IMG/VR virus record: IMGVR_UViG_3300020498_000003
Reading direction: 5' to 3' (one strand)
Origin: a virus
Lineage: Duplodnaviria > Heunggongvirae > Uroviricota > Caudoviricetes
DNA: 64,000 nucleotides
This document shows positions 28,357 to 36,443 of this stretch, in pieces (position 1 is the stretch's first letter; each line of letters starts with the position of its first letter). The notes under the pieces are model-generated. The model had not been told where the DNA came from, did not search any database, and saw only the letters and a list, made by a program, of their open reading frames with translations. A program made the position numbers and the translations under genes.

Positions 28357-28410
28357 ACAATAGGGCATCTGGGGGCACAAGTCAACCCCTCAACGATCAG
28401 CAGTGCTTAT
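28357..28410 (-). promoter_or_regulatory. early promoter, family A: TTGACT-N17-TATTGT embedded in a GGGG..CCCC hairpin, with upstream ATAAGCAC-CTGATCG block
   Basis: Minus TTGACT at ~28380-28385 and TATTGT at ~28357-28362, with a 17-nt spacer. The stem pair is GGGG/CCCC. Confidence 0.6.
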
Positions 28411-28685
28411 CAGACTGATTCAGTTAGCTTATCTTTTAACTTTTGCATCGCAGAGTAACATGTAGTCTGCTCCAGTTTGACTACACTACCCACTGTCTTA
28501 CTATTAACTGGTGCGTGGAATTGTTTTGTCTTGGTGTTGTAGAATCCCCAGATAGACTTAACACCAGAGCACCCACAATAGTTAAAGTGATTGTCATTAA
28601 CAATCCAGATTGCAGATACATTTGCCTTGAAATCTGTGCGTTCATAGTGATAACCTTCAGGGGCCTTGTGAAATAACAACTTCAT
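28410..28685 (-). CDS. hypothetical early protein (91 aa)
   Basis: Minus ORF. Confidence 0.45.
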   Translation of the reverse strand: MKLLFHKAPEGYHYERTDFKANVSAIWIVNDNHFNYCGCSGVKSIWGFYNTKTKQFHAPVNSKTVGSVVKLEQTTCYSAMQKLKDKLTESV

Positions 28686-28888
28686 GAGATTGCCTTAGGA
28701 AGACCTACAACAATGAAGAACGCCAGAAGTGCAACAATGTCCCAACACTTATTCTGAACCATGTAGGGGAGCGCCAGGATGTTGCCTGCAAGGTATAACC
28801 GAGCACCAATCACCTCATCAACATATAAGGTGATTACATATGCGAAACACAGTACAAAACTGGAGATGATTCGTGCTTTGTCAGTCAT
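28682..28888 (-). CDS. small membrane protein (68 aa, two predicted TM helices)
   Basis: Hydrophobic stretches FVLCFAYVITLYV and IVALLAFFIVVGL. Overlaps neighbours by 4 nt. Confidence 0.45.
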   Translation of the reverse strand: MTDKARIISSFVLCFAYVITLYVDEVIGARLYLAGNILALPYMVQNKCWDIVALLAFFIVVGLPKAIS

Positions 28889-29076
28889 CGTGTTTGATTG
28901 CGATACTTTCGTTTGGTATATTTGCTCACAATACTATCAATCACAGGATACCATGGTTCTTTATTGCTAGGGTATCCAAGTTGCCGTGCTTCAGTGAGCA
29001 ACAGCATGATGCAGTTCTCTTCTTCTTGAGTGAGATTGAGGTAGTTGATAATACTCGTTTCAGTCATCATCTTCAT
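28885..29076 (-). CDS. hypothetical early protein (63 aa)
   Basis: Minus ORF, coupled. Confidence 0.4.
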   Translation of the reverse strand: MKMMTETSIINYLNLTQEEENCIMLLLTEARQLGYPSNKEPWYPVIDSIVSKYTKRKYRNQTR

Positions 29077-29425
29077 CAGTAAGGTTTGCCCATTGATCGT
29101 AGATTGCAGGTTCTACATCACCTAGAAGTTGTTGTGCATAGTGTAGAGTTCCCCTCTCAAAATAACCATTGCGAAAGTCATCAGTTTGCCCCCGATGTTT
29201 ATACCAACTGAGAACACCATGACCAACATCAAAACGACTTACGATTGCCATGTAGTTATCATCACACCACACTTTCTTCTCTTCTGCAATATCACGAAGA
29301 GCATTAAGTGTAGCACAGTTCCAGTTGCGTTCTAGAAAGTTACCATTCTCATCAAATCCACATTTGGGATCATCACCAGACCAATCTTTCACTCTAGTAG
29401 AACAACGAGGACATTTGTAAGTCAT
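29060..29425 (-). CDS. zinc-ribbon protein (121 aa; CPRC...C..C)
   Basis: N-terminal CxxC motif and a downstream Cys pair. Confidence 0.45.
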   Translation of the reverse strand: MTYKCPRCSTRVKDWSGDDPKCGFDENGNFLERNWNCATLNALRDIAEEKKVWCDDNYMAIVSRFDVGHGVLSWYKHRGQTDDFRNGYFERGTLHYAQQLLGDVEPAIYDQWANLTDEDDD

Positions 29426-29588
29426 TTGATTTCAGTTAAAGTAATCAGTCCAGCAGAGGATCTTCCTTTTCGATGTCATCTTGCATATCAAGAGGCATCA
29501 TATCACGATCATCAATGTCGAGATCAAAGATCTCACCAGGCATGTCCATGATTTCGTCCCACATGTGCTTTGTTTCGATTACTTTGTA

Positions 29589-29650
29589 ATGATAGGGTGG
29601 ATCGGTGCCAAAGTCAACCCCTCAACGATCAGGGTTGCTTATGGTTCACC
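29589..29650 (-). promoter_or_regulatory. early promoter, family A: TTGACT-N17-TATCAT
   Basis: Minus TTGACT at ~29612-29617 and TATCAT at ~29589-29594, plus the GTTGAGGGGTTGAC and ATAAGCAACC blocks. Drives an acidic 39-aa micro-ORF (~29446..29565) and the zinc-ribbon gene. Confidence 0.55.
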
Positions 29651-30551
29651 AGTGCTTAGGCAAAGTAAAGTTATAGAACGAGAACTTCTGCCGTTTGACT
29701 AACTTGTAAGCACCGAACTGGTTAGACATAACGAAACCCTCATGATTGACTGCTTCGTAGTCAACACCAAGGTCGATGATAGTGTCAACAACCTCAACAG
29801 ATTTCAGACCTTCCATAATCATCTCCTTTGCCTTGGTGATGAGATTGAACAGCAGCAATAAGTTGCCGTCGATAGCATCAACAGGACGATTATCACGAAT
29901 GCACTTGTTAATCAAGATCTGCAGTTTTGCTACTTCTTTTGCATCAGGGTACTTAACAAAATTGCTAACCACACTTGCAAGACCAAGAATGTAATCAACT
30001 CTACGACGACGGGAGGCAACAACTGCATCAGTATTTACAAAATAGGTAGACATGAAATTGTGCTTGAGATACTCTGGCACACTGAAACTTGCTTGCAGAG
30101 TCTTCATCGTATCGCCATGATAAGAAGTATGACAAGCAAACACAATAGAAGCAGAATCGGGAATGGAATCGAAAGTGTAAGTGATAGTATTGGGAGTAAA
30201 CTGATTCGTACCACCAAAACCAATAAAATCACCTTGATAAATGCCTTCCAACCTCGGAAGAGTTTCAAGACAGGTGTGAAGGATTGCGGCGACTTTCTGG
30301 TTCGTGCCATGATACTTCTCGATGTCAGCGTGAGTATAATTGATCTTCACTTTGACCTTGTTGAATACACTTTTAGTGCCAACAAAAAACTTACCATTCT
30401 CAGGATTCGTGCCAAATACAATAGCAGGAGCACCGTCCCATTTCACAGTGACAGTAGAATCACGATAACGCAGAAACTTGATAACATTCTGCACAGATTC
30501 CTTGCCCAGCAGTACAGAATCTTCGGGATGTTCGAGATGGGTGTTTTTCAT
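29646..30551 (-). CDS. putative ATP-dependent polynucleotide (RNA/DNA) ligase-like nucleotidyltransferase (~302 aa)
   Basis: Motif I KWDG, candidate motif III YQGDFIGFG, motif IV EGFVMS and motif V KLVKRQK, in ligase/capping-enzyme order. No OB domain. The start is taken at the ATG (MKNTHLE) downstream of the promoter; the track start is a TTG inside the promoter. Confidence 0.4.
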   Translation of the reverse strand: MKNTHLEHPEDSVLLGKESVQNVIKFLRYRDSTVTVKWDGAPAIVFGTNPENGKFFVGTKSVFNKVKVKINYTHADIEKYHGTNQKVAAILHTCLETLPRLEGIYQGDFIGFGGTNQFTPNTITYTFDSIPDSASIVFACHTSYHGDTMKTLQASFSVPEYLKHNFMSTYFVNTDAVVASRRRRVDYILGLASVVSNFVKYPDAKEVAKLQILINKCIRDNRPVDAIDGNLLLLFNLITKAKEMIMEGLKSVEVVDTIIDLGVDYEAVNHEGFVMSNQFGAYKLVKRQKFSFYNFTLPKHW

Positions 30552-30557
30552 GTCTTT

Positions 30558-30606
30558 AGTATGGCACAAAAAAAGGGGGAAGTCAACCCCTTAGGACCAG
30601 TTCGCT
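30558..30606 (-). promoter_or_regulatory. early promoter/terminator composite, family A: GGGGTTGACTTCCCCC hairpin + T8 + CATACT
   Basis: Minus TTGACT at ~30581-30586 sits in the loop of a GGGG/CCCC stem followed by TTTTTTTT. CATACT follows at a 17-nt spacer. Confidence 0.6.
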
Positions 30607-30624
30607 GACTGGCATATGGTATAA

Positions 30625-31248
30625 TCAAAGGAAGAGATTACGGTGAATATGAAACAGAACATTATAGCGATTTGACTTGCTTTTCTTACCCTCACGCTGA
30701 AAGTGAAAGAGTGTTTTACCATTCAGTTTCAGGTGAATACCACCACGAAGAAACTTCCACTCTGCCTTCTTCACTTTATCGCAGATCTCACCATAAGTCA
30801 GTTCATATTCCACATCATTTTTAATATCACGATAAACCACATGGGTAATGTCAAACCCATTGCGTACAATTAAATCGACAACTTTTTCTTTATTTTGATC
30901 GAGAAACTGGGAGAACGCTTGCACATAATCAGAATCAATTTGACTCACAGTGCGACGATCTTTGCCCTGATAATTATATCCATCACAACCACAGAAGTGA
31001 CGAACAAACTCGGCAGATTGATCATCCAAATTGAGAATGTTAATGAAATGCTTTTGTGTAGTCAAGTGGACCTGAGTTGATGACCCACTAGCATTTTTAA
31101 TGCTCTTGCGTTCTGTATCATTTGCACCATCAATCTTGGTACGAGATCCACCAATCTGTTTCAGACCGTGAGCATCACAAACTGCTTTCTCTTTAATGTC
31201 AGAATACTCTGCACGAATCTTGTAACCTTGTTCAGCAGTGAGGGGCAT
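30625..31248 (-). CDS. hypothetical protein, possible PD-(D/E)xK-type nuclease (track 30625..31278; likely start MPLTAEQ)
   Basis: TKIDGANDTERKSIK gives a D...ExK arrangement. Otherwise unrecognised. Sits directly downstream of the ligase-like gene. Confidence 0.3.
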   Translation of the reverse strand: MPLTAEQGYKIRAEYSDIKEKAVCDAHGLKQIGGSRTKIDGANDTERKSIKNASGSSTQVHLTTQKHFINILNLDDQSAEFVRHFCGCDGYNYQGKDRRTVSQIDSDYVQAFSQFLDQNKEKVVDLIVRNGFDITHVVYRDIKNDVEYELTYGEICDKVKKAEWKFLRGGIHLKLNGKTLFHFQREGKKSKSNRYNVLFHIHRNLFL

Positions 31249-31269
31249 TTGTTTAATCTCAACCAACAT

Positions 31270-31330
31270 ACAATACAAAAAAAGAGGGGTGTTGTCAACC
31301 CCTCAATGATCAGCGTTGCTTATTGCTCTT
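31270..31330 (-). promoter_or_regulatory. early promoter/terminator composite, family A: GAGGGGTTGACAACACCCCTC hairpin + T7 + TATTGT
   Basis: TTGACA-N17-TATTGT. The -35 lies in the loop of a 7-bp GC stem followed by a T-tract. Confidence 0.6.
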
Positions 31331-31592
31331 CATCATACCGATAAGGAGACTTTGGATGGCATTTAGTATGAATCCAAATATAATCGTGGATTGCATCTAG
31401 ATCTTCATCGTAGACCCAACTATGAAACTCATCAGGGGTCATCAATTCATCTTCAAGAATACGCAGATTCATGTTGACAAGGACACCTGAACCGAACAAT
31501 TCACCATCATAATTTTCGATTAGATCATTTGCTCGTTTCCAGAGTTCATCAACTACAGATTGTTTGCGAGTAATAGTTTCAGTCATAATCAC
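31320..31592 (-). CDS. hypothetical early protein (90 aa)
   Basis: Minus ORF; 4-nt overlap with the SPFH gene's stop. Confidence 0.45.
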   Translation of the reverse strand: MIMTETITRKQSVVDELWKRANDLIENYDGELFGSGVLVNMNLRILEDELMTPDEFHSWVYDEDLDAIHDYIWIHTKCHPKSPYRYDEEQ

Positions 31593-32407
31593 TTACCAGT
31601 CATACCACCAGGGAGGAAGTTCATCGAAGAACCATTAACAATGATCATCTTTTCGATACCACCATTCTTAAATGCCTCACGCATAATTTCGTTGCGTTGG
31701 TATTCAAGATACTGCGGAGTGATAGTCGAAGCAAGAGATTTGTTCTCGTTTGCTTTCAGTTCAGCAGTACGGTTCTTAACAATCTGCTCCTGTTCTGCGG
31801 ACTGTGCAGTAACCACACGATTCACAGCAGCAACTAGATCAGAGGGAAGATCTGCCTTCACAACCACAACAGATTCGATCTGAATCTTACCTGCAAGGTT
31901 GTTCTTTTCCAGAGACAGATTCAGGTTATTCTTGATAGTATCCTGAATCTTATCCAGACTGCTGTTCACTTCCAGAGCAGGATATTCGTCAACCGATTGG
32001 TTCACAGCAGAGGTAATCAGTCGTTTGATGAAACTTGCCATCAGTTCAATCTGACCATTCTCACTGACACCGTGGTTCGACATATCGTACCCAGTGTAGA
32101 AGTCATAAAGACTCGAAGGTGTAAGACTGTAAGTAACAACCACATCCATATCTTTCATGATGGTGTTGTCTTTGGTCTTCGGAGTCAGGTTATCCGATTG
32201 AACCGTAATCTTACGAGTGTTGAACACTTTAATGCTGCCAAATCCATCATATTTAATACCAGGAGTCAGCACTTCATTGTTCACTTTACCATCGAATCCC
32301 ACATAGAGACCATTCTCACCAGTGTTAATCGTGGTGAATTGTCCTGCAGTAAAGATCAGGGCAACGAGAACACCACCAACACCAAGAACAATTTTGCCAG
32401 TAGACAT
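31589..32407 (-). CDS. SPFH/band-7 (prohibitin/HflK-like) membrane protein (272 aa)
   Basis: N-terminal TM helix (IVLGVGGVLVALIFTAG), SPFH core, and a C-terminal coiled coil with AQSAEQEQI and an EAFKNGG-type end typical of HflK/C and stomatin. Confidence 0.7.
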   Translation of the reverse strand: MSTGKIVLGVGGVLVALIFTAGQFTTINTGENGLYVGFDGKVNNEVLTPGIKYDGFGSIKVFNTRKITVQSDNLTPKTKDNTIMKDMDVVVTYSLTPSSLYDFYTGYDMSNHGVSENGQIELMASFIKRLITSAVNQSVDEYPALEVNSSLDKIQDTIKNNLNLSLEKNNLAGKIQIESVVVVKADLPSDLVAAVNRVVTAQSAEQEQIVKNRTAELKANENKSLASTITPQYLEYQRNEIMREAFKNGGIEKMIIVNGSSMNFLPGGMTGK

Positions 32408-32435
32408 AGTTTAGTTAGGGAGTAAGGAACAGGAA

Positions 32436-32597
32436 TCAGTCAGAAGTAAGACCAGCATAGATAAATGCTGCTCCTACAATTAGAATAAGAATGAGAGGCA
32501 GCATCTTGATAAAGAATAAGACAGGAAGACCTCTCGAAAGTAGAACGAGCAGGATCAAAAATACACCTGCTCCAGTACCAAGAATGCGACCGATCAT
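32436..32597 (-). CDS. small hydrophobic membrane protein (53 aa, MIGRILGTGAGVFLILLVLLSRGLPVLFFIKMLPLILILIVGAAFIYAGLTSD)
   Basis: Alternative frame to track ORF 32440..32655. ATGA coupling to the upstream micro-ORF. Two TM helices. More plausible than the Cys/Ser-rich track frame. Confidence 0.4.
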   Translation of the reverse strand: MIGRILGTGAGVFLILLVLLSRGLPVLFFIKMLPLILILIVGAAFIYAGLTSD

Positions 32598-32752
32598 TGT
32601 GCAGGGAATTGAATGGGTTGATATTCATAACCAAATCCTCGGGCAGATTTGGCATTATTCTTTACGACTTCACGCAGTTTCTTACGCTTGTAAAGTTCTT
32701 TCTTGACCTGAGCATATTGCTCATTGGTCATCGGCATGTCTTCAATGTTCAT
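32594..32752 (-). CDS. hypothetical basic micro-protein (52 aa)
   Basis: ATG..TGA, ATGA-coupled to the downstream TM ORF. Not in the track. Confidence 0.3.
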   Translation of the reverse strand: MNIEDMPMTNEQYAQVKKELYKRKKLREVVKNNAKSARGFGYEYQPIQFPAQ

Positions 32753-32761
32753 AGTTAATTC

Positions 32762-32890
32762 TCAACGACGATAAGGAGAGTTCCAGTACCTACGATAGGC
32801 AGTAACCAGAATAATAGCAGTCGAAACCACACCAACAAGACCAAGGAAGGTAACAGCATCGCCAGCGAAAGTGTAAGTGTCAGGATTCAT
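32762..32890 (-). CDS. single-pass membrane micro-protein (42 aa)
   Basis: ATG at the stop of the HTH gene. Hydrophobic core FLGLVGVVSTAIILV. Not in the track. Confidence 0.3.
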   Translation of the reverse strand: MNPDTYTFAGDAVTFLGLVGVVSTAIILVTAYRRYWNSPYRR

Positions 32891-32892
32891 AA

Positions 32893-33168
32893 TTAGAGAT
32901 TGATTGGGCAACAGGAACCGATGCGAATTTGAGTGTAAGAACCAGATTTAGGGATCAAAGTGTGATGAATCCCATAATAATAGCGGCGAGCATTTGTCTC
33001 GCTGATATTAAGTGCAAGTGCAATATCCTTAAAGGTATAACCTTGCTTACGCAGACTGTTACATCGAACAGTCCAGGTTAATGATTCATCAGTAGCACTA
33101 ACTGTAGAAGTTTCCCGTGCTTTAGGAATACGAAACATCACAACCTTCCTGCTTGATTGACAAAACAT
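32893..33168 (-). CDS. HTH DNA-binding protein (sigma-70 region-4/LuxR-like helix-turn-helix)
   Basis: GYTFKDIALALNISETNARRYYY is a classical HTH. Confidence 0.45.
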   Translation of the reverse strand: MFCQSSRKVVMFRIPKARETSTVSATDESLTWTVRCNSLRKQGYTFKDIALALNISETNARRYYYGIHHTLIPKSGSYTQIRIGSCCPINL

Positions 33169-33461
33169 TTGGCATCACAAACTGTATCGAAATATGCGAT
33201 AGTTTCAAGATCAACAGCAGCAGCACCAGCAGCAAGTTGAATCTCTTTTACCTTACGAAGTTGAAATCCTTCGAGAACACCACCATAAATCTCACCAATA
33301 TATTGTCCATCAGCAAAGATCCATTCTTGATATGCAGGATCTTGCATGTTGCGTTCGTAAGTGATGTCGGGCATTGCCTTTTCTTGACTACCTTTATAGT
33401 ATTGCATGGAATCAGGGAGTTTTGGGAGATTGGTGGTCAGTTCAGTGAGTGGCATAATCAA
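33138..33461 (-). CDS. hypothetical early protein (107 aa)
   Basis: Minus ORF, overlapping coupling. Confidence 0.45.
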   Translation of the reverse strand: MIMPLTELTTNLPKLPDSMQYYKGSQEKAMPDITYERNMQDPAYQEWIFADGQYIGEIYGGVLEGFQLRKVKEIQLAAGAAAVDLETIAYFDTVCDAKCFVNQAGRL

Positions 33462-33793
33462 TGCTCAACAATACGCTCCATGAATAGGAAACCATAATTA
33501 TCTCCCTCTTCTGCTATTGCCCATTCCATATATTCCATGGCAAGTGCTCTAGCATCACCAGTACGATTCTCTGCTTCTAGGATCTCAAATCGTTTCTCAC
33601 AACGATTTAGTTGATCTTCGATAATTTCAGAAGCATACTTTTCTGGACTCTGGAAAAGTTTTGCGAGTTTGCGTTGACTAATCATTGTGTTGGAGTCTTC
33701 CAAGAAACTGTTTTTTCGCTTTTTTGAGTTGACGAGTCCTAGCGGATCGCTTAGGACTCTTATTGTTTCTACCACGATTTCGTGGAGATTCAT
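33458..33793 (-). CDS. hypothetical early protein (track 33458..33856; likely start MNLHEIVV at ~33793)
   Basis: The track start lies in the -35 of the promoter. The internal ATG is downstream of the -10. Confidence 0.4.
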   Translation of the reverse strand: MNLHEIVVETIRVLSDPLGLVNSKKRKNSFLEDSNTMISQRKLAKLFQSPEKYASEIIEDQLNRCEKRFEILEAENRTGDARALAMEYMEWAIAEEGDNYGFLFMERIVEH

Positions 33794-33827
33794 GTGATTT
33801 AAGTCGCATTTTTCTGACCTCTTGATT

Positions 33828-33885
33828 AGAATAGGGCATGACCCCACCAAAGTCAAGGGGTCATGGATTAGTGTTGCTTATGAAT
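33828..33885 (-). promoter_or_regulatory. early promoter, family A: ATGACCCC-TTGACTTTGGT-GGGGTCAT hairpin with TTGACT-N17-TATTCT
   Basis: 8-bp stem with the -35 in the loop. Upstream ATAAGCAACAC block. Confidence 0.55.
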
Positions 33886-33890
33886 GAACA

Positions 33891-34124
33891 TTACAGATCA
33901 AACTCTCCTAATGCGTTGTTTGTTTGTGATAATCTTTGGGCCCAGGTTGCACCGCCTTCTCTACCTAAACAGGGATTTGCACAGTTCTGGCGTTTATCAT
34001 CAGGTAAATTGTTGCAGACGAGACCAGCAAGATCTAGTTCATTCCCTTTTTTACCTGTACCAGACCAATAATGCTGTCCGTCGATCCACTTTGCTCCACA
34101 AACAGAGCATTGTTTGTTATCCAT
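33891..34124 (-). CDS. zinc-finger protein (77 aa; CSVCG...C...C)
   Basis: CxxC plus downstream Cys residues. A CTAAATA late-type motif and GGAG RBS lie upstream. Confidence 0.45.
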   Translation of the reverse strand: MDNKQCSVCGAKWIDGQHYWSGTGKKGNELDLAGLVCNNLPDDKRQNCANPCLGREGGATWAQRLSQTNNALGEFDL

Positions 34125-34187
34125 AGATCGACTCCATATAAGGTATATTATTTAGAGATTATAGCATCTCAAGTTAAGACTGCTGTA

Positions 34188-34589
34188 TCAAAAACTACAA
34201 TAAGTATCTCTTTTTGTGAGAGACTTCACAACAGTATGATAATTATCCTGACACTGATCATACTTGACTTTGAGTTCATCATGCTCAGAATCTACACGAT
34301 AGAATAGATCTTGAAGATGTTCATAATCTAATTGTAGTGAATCATACTCTTGTTTTAGAGTGTTGTACTCATCAATAGCAGCACGATAGTTCTTTTTAGT
34401 TTGCTCTAGTTCTGCTGCATCACACATTGCACCAAGTTCATCATCAGTATATTGCTCCGATGATAGTTGCTCTTTGTCGATATAACTGTCAATCATGCCA
34501 ACTATAGAAACATAGAGATCTTGATACTCATCTTTTACGCAATGTGAGAACGAATACAACACATCACGAACATTACGAAGATCATTCAT
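34188..34589 (-). CDS. hypothetical coiled-coil protein (133 aa)
   Basis: Minus ORF, acidic, heptad-rich. Confidence 0.45.
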   Translation of the reverse strand: MNDLRNVRDVLYSFSHCVKDEYQDLYVSIVGMIDSYIDKEQLSSEQYTDDELGAMCDAAELEQTKKNYRAAIDEYNTLKQEYDSLQLDYEHLQDLFYRVDSEHDELKVKYDQCQDNYHTVVKSLTKRDTYCSF

Positions 34590-34782
34590 CGTCTTTCAAC
34601 TTCTCCTGATTAACATAGTCCTGTAGGATTTGTTCAAGCATAGCAGTGATCTGCTCCTCTGTCAAGTTATTCATGAAAGTATATTTCGGATCTTCAGGAT
34701 CCCATTCGATTGTTAGAGTACCATCAGGATTCTCAGTTACTCTCAAAGTGTCATTCTCAAACTCTCTAAATTCTTCACTCAT
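34582..34782 (-). CDS. hypothetical protein (66 aa)
   Basis: Minus ORF. Confidence 0.4.
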   Translation of the reverse strand: MSEEFREFENDTLRVTENPDGTLTIEWDPEDPKYTFMNNLTEEQITAMLEQILQDYVNQEKLKDDE

Positions 34783-34783
34783 G

Positions 34784-34969
34784 TTATTCTCCTAAATTAA
34801 AATCAGATAAGTGTTCCCATTTGGGTTCTTGTAGTATTTCTAATCGATTATATAACTCATACAATTCGTTTGTCATTCCAATATTCTCGTCTTCTAAATA
34901 TTCAACTCTTTTCTCTAGTTCATTTACCTTTTCGACAAGTTTTTTGACTATTAGATTGAGTGTATTCAT
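34784..34969 (-). CDS. hypothetical coiled-coil protein (61 aa)
   Basis: Minus ORF. Confidence 0.4.
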   Translation of the reverse strand: MNTLNLIVKKLVEKVNELEKRVEYLEDENIGMTNELYELYNRLEILQEPKWEHLSDFNLGE

Positions 34970-34970
34970 A

Positions 34971-35156
34971 TTAGTAATTTGTCGGAGTTGTACGAGTTAC
35001 AAAATCACCTTTGCCCTCCAAACTCTGAACCATGAGTTCAGTAAAGCGTTCCATTTTTGCAGGATGAACAGATGCAGGATCATAAGTAATCGCATCTTTT
35101 AGCATCTTCAGTTCGTTCCATTCTTCTTGTGTCATGTCGGTTCTGTCGGATACCAT
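34971..35156 (-). CDS. hypothetical protein (61 aa)
   Basis: Minus ORF. Confidence 0.4.
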   Translation of the reverse strand: MVSDRTDMTQEEWNELKMLKDAITYDPASVHPAKMERFTELMVQSLEGKGDFVTRTTPTNY

Positions 35157-35211
35157 ACTATATTGTCACGAAATGCTGATAAAGTGCGATTTCTTAATGA
35201 TTGCTTTGGGT

Positions 35212-35544
35212 TCAATTAACAAAACTACACTCTAGAGTATAATCTTTCTTGTTTATTTTATGTCGTTCGATGTATTTAGTTGCGTGTGATTCATGCTGAA
35301 ACCAGCAGATCTTTTTACCAGTTCCCTCCTTATGTTCAATACGATAAGGGAATGTTTCATAGGGAAACTTGGTTTCATTGTACTCTACTGCAACAACATT
35401 CACAGCAGGTTCTACAACCTTCTTTGCCCTAGGTTTAGTGGCAGGTTTCTTTGCTGGTGCCTTAGGTTTGGTTGTAGTCTTCTTCTTAGCAGCAGGTTTC
35501 TTTGCTACTGGTTTCGTCTCTTCAGTTTTCTTAGGTCGTGGCAT
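35212..35544 (-). CDS. lysine/alanine/proline-rich histone-H1-like DNA-binding protein (110 aa)
   Basis: N-terminal KKPAAKKKTTTKPKAPAKKPATKPRAKK repeats, followed by a Cys/His-containing C-terminal domain. Confidence 0.45.
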   Translation of the reverse strand: MPRPKKTEETKPVAKKPAAKKKTTTKPKAPAKKPATKPRAKKVVEPAVNVVAVEYNETKFPYETFPYRIEHKEGTGKKICWFQHESHATKYIERHKINKKDYTLECSFVN

Positions 35545-35939
35545 CAGCGTCCTGTTACATCTGTGTAGTCCTGTATCCTACCACATCTGAAGTGGATTTG
35601 CAACCTAGGACATTCTTCCCATGATTCTTGCCCAGCAGCAGGATACACTTCGATATATTTTGTGATGTAACATGGTTGATACTTACCATGCACACCAGTA
35701 GGTATCCATTCCCAGTTCATCCATGCTCGTTCAGGATTATAATTAGGATGCCCTTCTTCGTATATCTCAAGTGTGCTGCATCCAATATAACTTGGATACC
35801 ATAAAAGACCACTGGGGTCTAACCAGTAGTCTGTCATTGTGCCACCAATACCATCCTCGATGTCTTTAGTTTGACACACTACATTTGTAAATTGTTCACC
35901 CAAATCGTAGGATGAACGAAAATAGTCGAACATTCCCAA
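35544..35939 (-). CDS. hypothetical protein (131 aa)
   Basis: Minus ORF; ATGA coupling. Confidence 0.45.
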   Translation of the reverse strand: MGMFDYFRSSYDLGEQFTNVVCQTKDIEDGIGGTMTDYWLDPSGLLWYPSYIGCSTLEIYEEGHPNYNPERAWMNWEWIPTGVHGKYQPCYITKYIEVYPAAGQESWEECPRLQIHFRCGRIQDYTDVTGR

Positions 35940-35941
35940 GG

Positions 35942-36217
35942 TTAGTTACCTCCGTGTTTTTCTACAGTTGCTTTCCAAAAGTCAGATGTCATGTTATTCG
36001 ACCCTTCAACCTTAGCAACAACCACACCATCAATCAAGGCAATCAGAGTTGGTGTTGCAACTACACCACAATCAGTAGCAAATTGAGTCCACTGCTTACC
36101 CTCTTTAGCATTAGTGATGGTGATAACATTCTCCCATCCTTCTACTTTCTTCAGTTGTGTTTCAGCATACATGCAAGGTCTACATCCTTCCTGCACAAAT
36201 AAGTGAATTTCAGTCAT
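35942..36217 (-). CDS. thioredoxin/glutaredoxin-fold redox protein (CxxC: GCRPC)
   Basis: The MTEIHLFVQEGCRPC N-terminus is typical of NrdH/glutaredoxin-like proteins. Start taken at M6 of the track ORF. Confidence 0.5.
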   Translation of the reverse strand: MTEIHLFVQEGCRPCMYAETQLKKVEGWENVITITNAKEGKQWTQFATDCGVVATPTLIALIDGVVVAKVEGSNNMTSDFWKATVEKHGGN

Positions 36218-36443
36218 TAGTATTCTTAGCAATCCCGTGTATCATATTTAAGAAGTCAGTACCAATAGTAGAATGATCTACAGTAAAACTATCTATGAAT
36301 GTTTCCCATCCTTGGTCGTTTGATTTTTCTTGCTCAAATGCCCACATATATCCATTTTCATTCATCAGTGCTGCTTCAATCTCACCACGGATGAGTGATC
36401 GTAAGATTTCAATTTGTTCTTTAGTCATTCTGTTTGCTCCCAA
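36210..36443 (-). CDS. hypothetical protein (77 aa)
   Basis: Minus ORF. Confidence 0.4.
   Translation of the reverse strand: MGANRMTKEQIEILRSLIRGEIEAALMNENGYMWAFEQEKSNDQGWETFIDSFTVDHSTIGTDFLNMIHGIAKNTND

Noticed and set aside
28381-28410. TGCTTA (T4 MotA-box-like) sequence within the repeated gttgcttat block
   Set aside because: It is on the plus strand, which is non-coding here. On the minus strand the block reads ATAAGCAAC, upstream of the -35. So it is not positioned as a MotA box for these genes.
26877-28418. 513-aa plus-strand ORF
   Set aside because: It is exactly antisense to the helicase gene. Its composition is low-complexity (S/L/V/H-rich) and it has no motifs. It is an antisense-frame artefact of a long, codon-biased gene.
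30060-30608. 182-aa plus ORF and 68-aa minus ORF (30104..30310)
   Set aside because: They are antisense or alternative frames within the ligase-like gene. The membrane-like 68-aa frame is hydrophobic only because of codon composition.
32440-32655. Track ORF of 71 aa (Cys/Ser-rich)
   Set aside because: An alternative frame over the same DNA encodes a clean two-TM micro-protein with ATGA coupling to its neighbour. The track frame is likely spurious.
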